Positions 57,608-64,000 of a DNA stretch of 64,000 nucleotides are shown here, piece after piece. Origin of the DNA: Candidatus Iainarchaeum sp. (GTDB lineage Archaea; Iainarchaeota; Iainarchaeia; Iainarchaeales; DTGL01); NCBI GenBank assembly GCA_026413945.1, contig JAOAJX010000004.1, forward strand, positions 51,281 to 115,280. The letters run 5' to 3'. The notes beneath the pieces were generated by a model. That model saw nothing but the letters and a program-made list of their open reading frames with translations, was not told the DNA's origin and did no database searches. Position 1 is the stretch's first letter. Each line of letters begins with the position of its first letter. Position numbers and translations under genes: made by a program.

Positions 57608-58003
57608 TTAGTGGCGCTTGCTTGTATAAACCTCTATTCTTGGAACGTTGTCTCCAGCTTTTACCTCAAGGCAACCATTTGGATTTGCTTTGTACTTTGA
57701 AATTACAAGAGTAACAAATGAATTTACTGATTTTAGCCATTCTTCATTTATGCGATAGGCACGCCCTTCTTTCACAAGAACATTGGTGCTTTCAAGCTCT
57801 CTAACCTGCTTGAAAACTGCCTGATAGGAACAATCAATGCCATAACCCCTTATTATACGCTTGTATATCTGTGCGACTGAAAGAGGCCACTCCATGCAAA
57901 GAATAAGCACAATCGCGTTTTTGAGGCTCAATCCATTCTTAGAATTTGAGGAAATAAGATCTGCTATCATAATAAACATAGAGAAGATAAAATTTAAAAA
58001 CAA
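57608..58003 (-). CDS. Winged-helix DNA-binding protein (true start probably downstream)
   Basis: SLKNAIVLIL..EWPLS...IY......YG...SYQAV.K.V.EL....VL. Confidence 0.7.
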   Translation of the reverse strand: MFLNFIFSMFIMIADLISSNSKNGLSLKNAIVLILCMEWPLSVAQIYKRIIRGYGIDCSYQAVFKQVRELESTNVLVKEGRAYRINEEWLKSVNSFVTLVISKYKANPNGCLEVKAGDNVPRIEVYTSKRH

Positions 58004-58098
58004 AACTTTTTTTAGTTATTAAGTTAAATTTAAACCTTATGCAAATTTTCATGAAAAGGCATAAAAATTAAAACATTAAATGGTTTAAATAATAGGAT

Positions 58099-58195
58099 GC
58101 CGGGATGGCAGAGCGGTCCAATGCGCCAGCCTTGAGTTTTTTACAAGAAAGCTGGTGTGCGCAAGCACTCGTGGGTTCAAATCCCACTCCCGGCG
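58099..58195 (+). tRNA. tRNA-Ser(TGA) with 13-nt 37/38 intron (58137-58149)
   Basis: Same body as tRNA-Ser(GGA); loop CT-TGA-G|A; helix CTTG/CAAG with AA|A bulge (relaxed BHB). Confidence 0.93.
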
Positions 58196-58210
58196 CTTAG
58201 TTTTAAGCCA

Positions 58211-60487
58211 TTATTTCTTTTCAGTGTCTTTCTTTACAAATGCAAAAACGAGCGTCAAAACAGCCAAAATTAACCACAAATTATTCTCTGATGCAATTAT
58301 TGGCGGATATGGCCTTTGTATGTAAATGTAATCGCTTGCAGTGCAGTTAACGCAACTTGAGGGCGCGTTTAGAACTGTTGCTTCGACAACATAAAAGCCA
58401 GGTTCTTGGAAATTGTAGTCAACCAAATGATAGGAGCCGTTACATATAGGTGAATTAGTGTCATACAATATATTTCCATCGAGCTTAATCTTTATGTTAA
58501 GTTGTGAGTCTTTTATACTTCCAGTGCAGACAGCTTTTACTTCCGTTTTAGTGCCAATATTCACATCCTTAGCATCAAAGTCATACATAACCTCAATCTC
58601 ATAAGTGGTAATACGCACCGGATCACTCCATTCAGACCAATCACCATCAGAGTCCATTACTTTGCACCTAGCATCAAACTGGGCATCAGCATTATTATAA
58701 TCGTAACCTATTGAAGAATTATAACTATTACAATCAGTGATTTGTGTGCCATCTCCAGTGTCCCATGTGTAGCAGTATATAGGATCGCCATCAGGATCTA
58801 TTTTCTCAATGTTTTTGATTGAAAACTGGACATGCAGTGGAGCCATGCCTGATGTTGGATAAGCAAAAAGCACAGGCTTAGAGGGTGCCCTGTTGGCAAT
58901 TACAACGTCAACGCTGCCTGTAGCTGTATCACCATCGTTATCTGTTACAGTGAGCGCCACATGAAATGTATTCTTACTGCCATAAGCATGCGTTATTGTT
59001 GAGCAGTCAGAACAGCTTTTTCTTGTCCCATCTCCAAAATCCCAATTATACTTTACAATATAACCATCTGGGTCATTAGCAGAACCAGTAAATGTGGCAA
59101 CTTGATTAATATATGGGGATGATGGGTTGACATTAATTGTTACATTTGTTGGTGGTTTGTTTGGGTTTGTTGTTACTGTTATTTCATCCCAGCTGCTTTG
59201 GCCTATTCGATCATAAACAGTAAGCCTGACAGTGTAAGTTTTATTCTTTTCTTTGTAAAGACAGCTAACCGGCTCGTCTTTCTTTGTTGTACGGAAGGTT
59301 TGCCCATTTCCACAATTCCAGTCAAATCTGTTCATGTCTGCATCACCATCAGGGTCTGTTGAGCTTGAGGCATCCATAACAACGGTTAAGTTAACATCTC
59401 CTGTTGTCTGGCTTAGCGCTCTTATGCGTGCTGTCGGCGGCTGGTTCATTATTACCTTAAGCCATGCATCATCATATAGGTTTTGATCATCTTTCTTGTA
59501 AAGTCGATACTTAAAGAATACCTCTCTTTCGGGGTATTTTTGAGGTGTTTGCAGTCTTATTCTAAAAGTGGTGGTTCCACCATCTCTTGCAACATTCTTA
59601 ATCTCAAAGTTCGAGCCAATATTGTCCCAATTTGGGCCTTCCTGTCTTGAAACGACGAAATCGTCGTGCCCTAAGATATATTTAATAGCTTGAATAATTT
59701 TTGCTGGGATCTGATTTGAGTTAGTTACACCATAATTTTGTCCTCTTCCAATAGAATTTATTATTTTAGTCATATCAGGAACCGGTGATCCGGAAGGATC
59801 CCAACTATTTCCATAAATTCCAAAGAAATAAGCATTGTAAGATTTCAGCGCATTTATGGCATTATCCACACCCCCACTACAACCGTTGTCGGCAGCATCC
59901 GTAATAGCAATTATTGCTCTTACAGCATCTGATCTCCAACCATATGAGGAATCATTTAAAATGTTATATATCAGGTAAGCCCAAGGTTCTACCGAACAAT
60001 TAGCATTAACTTGTTTAAGTCTATCCTTTATAATTTGTGCGTCACTTGTCAAGTATATTGCTCCAAAATCATCGTTGCCATGACAATAATTTGGCTTTTG
60101 TATGAAACCTGCTTTACTTCCACTACCCTCTAATACATATAAACCAACACGCATGCAATCAGGGCAATCTCTGTTTACTTGGTCCATTATTTGGATAATG
60201 CTATTTTTAACGGCATCTATTTCGTCTTGCATGCTTCCACTTGCGTCGAGTATAAAAACAAGATCAATCTTCTTAGTTTCTTCCCAAACACTCAAATTAT
60301 TTTTTATCTTGCCGGTGAGAGTGAAAGTTCCGGGGCCGTAAAGGACTACAGCTGCACTTTGAGTGTCAGCATCCTCGTTGTTTATATAAAGTACAACATC
60401 TTTGGCCGAAACTTGAATAAAAAGAACGATGAGAGAAAGCATCAGCAAAGCATAAAATCTTGAAAAACCGGACTTTATGAATTTCAT
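58211..60487 (-). CDS. vWA plus PKD-domain cell-surface protein with C-terminal TM anchor
   Basis: Signal peptide; MIDAS DASGS...ITD; PKD motifs (DPDGD, YNWDFGDG, YTWDTGDG); TM plus KK tail. Confidence 0.88.
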   Translation of the reverse strand: MKFIKSGFSRFYALLMLSLIVLFIQVSAKDVVLYINNEDADTQSAAVVLYGPGTFTLTGKIKNNLSVWEETKKIDLVFILDASGSMQDEIDAVKNSIIQIMDQVNRDCPDCMRVGLYVLEGSGSKAGFIQKPNYCHGNDDFGAIYLTSDAQIIKDRLKQVNANCSVEPWAYLIYNILNDSSYGWRSDAVRAIIAITDAADNGCSGGVDNAINALKSYNAYFFGIYGNSWDPSGSPVPDMTKIINSIGRGQNYGVTNSNQIPAKIIQAIKYILGHDDFVVSRQEGPNWDNIGSNFEIKNVARDGGTTTFRIRLQTPQKYPEREVFFKYRLYKKDDQNLYDDAWLKVIMNQPPTARIRALSQTTGDVNLTVVMDASSSTDPDGDADMNRFDWNCGNGQTFRTTKKDEPVSCLYKEKNKTYTVRLTVYDRIGQSSWDEITVTTNPNKPPTNVTINVNPSSPYINQVATFTGSANDPDGYIVKYNWDFGDGTRKSCSDCSTITHAYGSKNTFHVALTVTDNDGDTATGSVDVVIANRAPSKPVLFAYPTSGMAPLHVQFSIKNIEKIDPDGDPIYCYTWDTGDGTQITDCNSYNSSIGYDYNNADAQFDARCKVMDSDGDWSEWSDPVRITTYEIEVMYDFDAKDVNIGTKTEVKAVCTGSIKDSQLNIKIKLDGNILYDTNSPICNGSYHLVDYNFQEPGFYVVEATVLNAPSSCVNCTASDYIYIQRPYPPIIASENNLWLILAVLTLVFAFVKKDTEKK

Positions 60488-61875
60488 AAATATCTGCGCC
60501 TCCTCTTCTGCCACCATTTAAAAAGCCCTATGCTAAAAATTCCAATAGAAATGCCGCCAGCAACATAGAAAAATTCTTTTGGCAATGGCTCTGGTTGGTT
60601 TTGCTCTTCAAACTTAGCAACAGTCAGATTTTTGTTTAAGTCTGCAAAGCCTTCTTTTTTGAACAGAACAAGATAATTGCCAGGCGCTAACCCAGATAAA
60701 ACTAATTCTCCTTTAATATTTGTAGTTTCTTCCCTATCACCAATTATTACTTTCGCCTCGGACACTCTTTTCCCTGATTTTGAGTTTACAACAACTTTTA
60801 GTTGTTGATTAGAATAAATTTTGTCTGGCATAGAAACTATAAAGTAATCCACTTCTGTTTCTCCAGATAAGACATTTATGCTGCTGATCTTTTTCTCAAA
60901 CCCTTCCTTTTCAACGCTTATAACATAACCACCTTTATCTGATATGGCGAATGTGGCCTTTCCATCGGCATCGGTTGGTTTCTTTGTACTACCCACAGAA
61001 ACTACAGCTCCGGAAACTGCTTCTCCATTGTGCTTAACAACTACCTCAAAAACCTCAAGTGGTTTTACCTTTTCTGGGTGTGAAACTTCAAAGCGATCAA
61101 GCTCAGAAACCACCTTAATTTTTCCTGAAAATGGCTGCAAACCATCTTTATATGCCTTAATCTGGTACTCTGTTGCTGTTTTAAGCACAAATGACACTAC
61201 CCCTTTAGCGTCAGCAATCTTTTTTTCTCCGGCAATTTCAACATATGCGCCCTGCAAAGGAATTGAGTTTTCATAAACAAGCACATAAAATGGCTTACCA
61301 ACAAGAACTTTTTCAGGATGCTTAGCTATTACAAAACGCCCCGCCTCTTTTTCAATTGGCTCAAAAATCCCTGTTTCTGCTGTTTTTACCCTGAAACGCT
61401 CCGAATCAGTAGAGTATTTTGCGCAGCCTTCTTTTTGGGGAACAATTATAAGCTTATTAAGGTCTTCAATCTCGAATTGGCCAAAGTCATATTCAGAGCA
61501 TATAGTATAATTGCTTCCGCGCCTCGTAATTAGAATATTTGGCGCCGGATTGTAGAGAACCTTCTTGTCAGTACAGAATTCATTGCCATTAATGTCAAAG
61601 CATACATTCATAAAATAAGAATCTGGCTTGGTGGGGTAAAAGAAAAAGTCACCATTATTGTTAACCTTTTGCTCAATTAGAATGCCTTTGTTGTCATAAA
61701 CTTTTACTATTGCGTTTGGGAAACCTTTGCCTGACTCTGAAGCGAGTATGGATATTTGATATTTGCCATCAACATAGCCGTGATTTAAGTATGCATGCAC
61801 ATTAGTTTGGCTATAAACAAAGCAAATGTTTGCAATTAAAAGCAAAAAAATAAGAGAAAACCCAAAGTAACGCAT
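60484..61875 (-). CDS. Surface protein with three tandem carboxypeptidase-regulatory/prealbumin-like Ig repeats
   Basis: Three repeats P-x-K...GA-x-V...D-x2-G...Y-x-I-x3-K-x-G; signal peptide; TM plus KRRRR. Confidence 0.8.
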   Translation of the reverse strand: MRYFGFSLIFLLLIANICFVYSQTNVHAYLNHGYVDGKYQISILASESGKGFPNAIVKVYDNKGILIEQKVNNNGDFFFYPTKPDSYFMNVCFDINGNEFCTDKKVLYNPAPNILITRRGSNYTICSEYDFGQFEIEDLNKLIIVPQKEGCAKYSTDSERFRVKTAETGIFEPIEKEAGRFVIAKHPEKVLVGKPFYVLVYENSIPLQGAYVEIAGEKKIADAKGVVSFVLKTATEYQIKAYKDGLQPFSGKIKVVSELDRFEVSHPEKVKPLEVFEVVVKHNGEAVSGAVVSVGSTKKPTDADGKATFAISDKGGYVISVEKEGFEKKISSINVLSGETEVDYFIVSMPDKIYSNQQLKVVVNSKSGKRVSEAKVIIGDREETTNIKGELVLSGLAPGNYLVLFKKEGFADLNKNLTVAKFEEQNQPEPLPKEFFYVAGGISIGIFSIGLFKWWQKRRRRYL

Positions 61876-61976
61876 AGATTTGCCTCTCCAACACTTTACG
61901 CAATAATAAGACATTACCAATATTTAAATTTTTCGCCCATATGTTTGCTAATTATTCCCACCAAAGGTGCATTAAC

Positions 61977-62348
61977 ATGGAAGAATTAATTACTCTAAAA
62001 ATAAATGAAGGCGAAGATGTGATTAAAAGCATCCACAATCTCATGGCAGAGAAGCAGATTGAGCTTGCTGTGCCTGTTTTTGCCTATGGAAAAATAAAAA
62101 ATATAGAGCTTATAACACTTGGAAAAAACACGACACTTTTTAGCGATAATTCTGGTGTTGGTTATGAAGTCAGTGCAATAAGCGGGAAAATCCATCGTGA
62201 CAGGACGGGGTATTACACAAACATATCTGTTATAATAAACAAAAGCTGTGCAACAACTGCACACGGGCTTCTAAGAAAAGCAATTGCTGATGAAAGCCTT
62301 GAAATAAAGTTCAGGAACATTAAGCTAAGCAAAATAATTGAAGTTTAG
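61977..62348 (+). CDS. PPC (DUF296) domain protein
   Basis: L-x-I-x2-GEDV, G-x-I, YEVSAISG-x-I; HxH motif absent. Confidence 0.7.
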   Translation: MEELITLKINEGEDVIKSIHNLMAEKQIELAVPVFAYGKIKNIELITLGKNTTLFSDNSGVGYEVSAISGKIHRDRTGYYTNISVIINKSCATTAHGLLRKAIADESLEIKFRNIKLSKIIEV

Positions 62349-62422
62349 TTTTTAGGCCACGGAAAAAAAGCGCAATTTTTAATAACTATTTTTAAAAGAT
62401 TAATAATAAGCATTGCAGGTAT

Positions 62423-62506
62423 GCGGGGTTGCCCGAGCGGTCTAAGGGGCAGGGTTGAGGGCCCTGTGGCTTAGTGCCTTCAGCAGTTCGAATCTGCTAC
62501 CCCGCA
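62423..62506 (+). tRNA. tRNA-Leu(GAG)
   Basis: GCGGGGT/ACCCCGC, A73; anticodon arm CAGGG-TTGAGGG-CCCTG; variable arm GGC-TTAGT-GCC; AGCAG-TTCGAAT-CTGCT. Confidence 0.96.
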
Positions 62507-62657
62507 TCGCTTTTTTGCCTTTAGTTTTTTTGTTGTTTGCTTTTTTTAGACTTTTTTGTTTGAAAATGGTTGTGTTTAGTGTAATGTTTTTTTGCTGGTT
62601 TAAATTGTGAAAACTTGATTCCTTAAATTTTTTTGCTTTAAATTTTTTGATTTAAAT

Positions 62658-62699
62658 CTGGTTTTTGGCATTGGTTCGGCTTTTTTTGCCAAAAGCCAG
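62658..62699. other. 13-bp inverted repeat in T-rich intergenic region
   Basis: CTGGTTTTTGGCA / TGCCAAAAGCCAG (one G-T pair), 16-nt loop. Confidence 0.55.
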
Positions 62700-62798
62700 G
62701 TTAAGGGTTTTTTAGTTCTCTGGCATTGTTTTTGCTTTCGAAAAAAAGGGTTTAAATGATTAAAAACGTGAAAAGTTTCTTTTTTTGTTACACGAAAA

Positions 62799-63023
62799 TT
62801 AATTTTTATATTTTATTTTGAATATTGAGCTCAAGCCTCCTTTTTTTGTCATTTCTGTGTAGAATTTTGTGAACCCACAGGATTTGCATGCGTATGGTGT
62901 TATTTCATATCCCTTTTCGAGTGGGTTTTGGGTTTCACCTTTGAAGACAACTCTTTTTCCACTAATGATTCTGCCTTTTTCTATTTCGATTGAACCACAT
63001 TTTGGGCATTGTTTCATCGCCAT
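62799..63023 (-). CDS. Small zinc-ribbon protein
   Basis: CPKCG...E.G and ACKSCG..KFY. Confidence 0.75.
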   Translation of the reverse strand: MAMKQCPKCGSIEIEKGRIISGKRVVFKGETQNPLEKGYEITPYACKSCGFTKFYTEMTKKGGLSSIFKIKYKN

Positions 63024-63191
63024 TAAATCCCAAATTGATAGGTAAAGTGTAATTTCTTTTTTACTTTTTTGTTTTTTGCGAAGCTGGCTTGTTTTTTTGG
63101 TTTGTTTGTCGGCATGATTTCTTGTGTGATTGTTTTGGAATTCTTTTTTTTACGGGGTGTGGGTCTAATGTCGTAAGCAAGGCAAAAATCG

Positions 63192-63701
63192 TTAATCAGT
63201 TAAAACAGCTTGTTTGTAACAGTTTTCTTTCACTAATGAATCTGGGATTTTTTCACAGATAGTAACATCCCCTGTTTGTATTGCTGCATTGTAATAGCAA
63301 TAGTCCAGTAATAATGGTCCTATTGGTCTTTTGCCGCGTTCTTCTTCTTGTATTGGGATTTGCTCGCATTCAGTTATCAGCCTTGAACGAATTATGGGTT
63401 TAGCTAAAAACTCGGAGGAGAGTATTAATATCGGGATTGCAGTCAGAATTAAGGCTACCATTTTTATATTGCTTATTTTGAATTCTTTTCCTGCTTTGAT
63501 TGCCACTTTGCTTGAATAGTATTGGTAAGCTAAAATTATGGCTAAATAGCAATAGGCAAGCCCCACACCCAAATCGATTGGACGCGAGTATTTGGCTGAC
63601 TTTAAAGAAAATTCCAACAAGAACAATAGTCCACCAAAACCCACTATTATTACGCATACCAACAACAAAGAGTTGTTTTTTTCTTTTTCAGTTTGACTCA
63701 T
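63192..63701 (-). CDS. Membrane protein with C-terminal Cys repeat
   Basis: Three TM segments, then CEQIP...CY...A...D...CEKIP...CY. Confidence 0.7.
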   Translation of the reverse strand: MSQTEKEKNNSLLLVCVIIVGFGGLLFLLEFSLKSAKYSRPIDLGVGLAYCYLAIILAYQYYSSKVAIKAGKEFKISNIKMVALILTAIPILILSSEFLAKPIIRSRLITECEQIPIQEEERGKRPIGPLLLDYCYYNAAIQTGDVTICEKIPDSLVKENCYKQAVLTD

Positions 63702-63949
63702 TCAACCACCTTTTAGTAAAAAATTTTTTGCGAATTGCTTTTAAACCTATTGTAAGGTTTGAGTGAACGCTTGAAAGTTTTTTTATATGGTTTTTTAGCT
63801 GGCAAAATTATTATGTGCGTATGCGTTGTAAGATTAAACTATGCAAGTTCGCCAAGACTTAGAGAATGTCTTGAAATCTTTTAATAGTGACGACAAGGCT
63901 AATCAAAAAAAATCTTGTAATATTTATAACTGCCAATTAAACCACTTCT

Positions 63950-64000
63950 TTACTTTGCCTTTTTGCCTTCAGGATAGATTTTCTCGAGTTTGTCGAGTAT
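63950..64000 (-). CDS. 3' end of a CDS starting beyond the window
   Basis: Minus-strand frame ILDKLEKIYPEGKKAK* with genome-typical codon usage. Confidence 0.45.
   Translation of the reverse strand: MLDKLEKIYPEGKKAK

Noticed and set aside
740-58195. Identical 46-bp direct repeat (740-785 and 58150-58195) resembling attL/attR of a 57-kb integrated element
   Set aside because: Both copies belong to complete tRNA genes, the interval is full of core housekeeping genes, and there is no integrase.
61977-62348. PPC domain lacking the HxH metal motif
   Set aside because: The family is variable and my assignment is only moderately confident, so the loss is not informative.
63841-64000. Plus-strand frame open from ATG 63841 to the window end
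   Set aside because: Atypical composition and no SD; the minus-strand frame ending at 63950 looks more like a real protein end.
1-64000. CRISPR arrays, rRNA, IS elements, inteins, Sec/Pyl or stop-codon recoding
   Set aside because: No regularly spaced repeats, rRNA motifs, or transposase/intein motifs were seen. Conserved genes, including the hydrogenase and POR, translate intact under code 11.

Overview
AT-rich archaeal chromosomal segment, most consistent with a DPANN-type anaerobic fermenter; a lineage such as Iainarchaeota/Diapherotrites or Micrarchaeota is an inference from gene style only. It carries the conserved exosome/proteasome superoperon (rnp2, psmA, SBDS, rrp4/41/42, L37ae, rpoP, pcc1, pfdB), interrupted by a two-gene surface-protein insert. 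It also has four tRNAs (two near-identical intron-containing tRNA-Ser, tRNA-Arg, tRNA-Leu), a trimeric [FeFe]-hydrogenase operon, porCDAB, a Thermotoga-like Na+-pyrophosphatase, many peptidases and ion transporters, and several large surface proteins. No CRISPR array, rRNA, integrase or transposase was recognised. Most notable: (1) a stripped-down HydABC with non-bifurcating signatures and lost Fe-S sites, divergently paired with an orphan ECF S-component-like membrane protein and without maturases in the window; (2) two otherwise different PKD surface proteins sharing a precisely spaced Cys-containing C-terminal domain plus an E-x-N/TM/basic tail, possibly an undescribed sorting signal; (3) an unexplained GC-rich hairpin between convergent genes; (4) repeat-altered TATA boxes; (5) a Cdc6/Orc1 lacking its winged-helix domain. 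All protein calls come from motif recognition by eye, not database searches.
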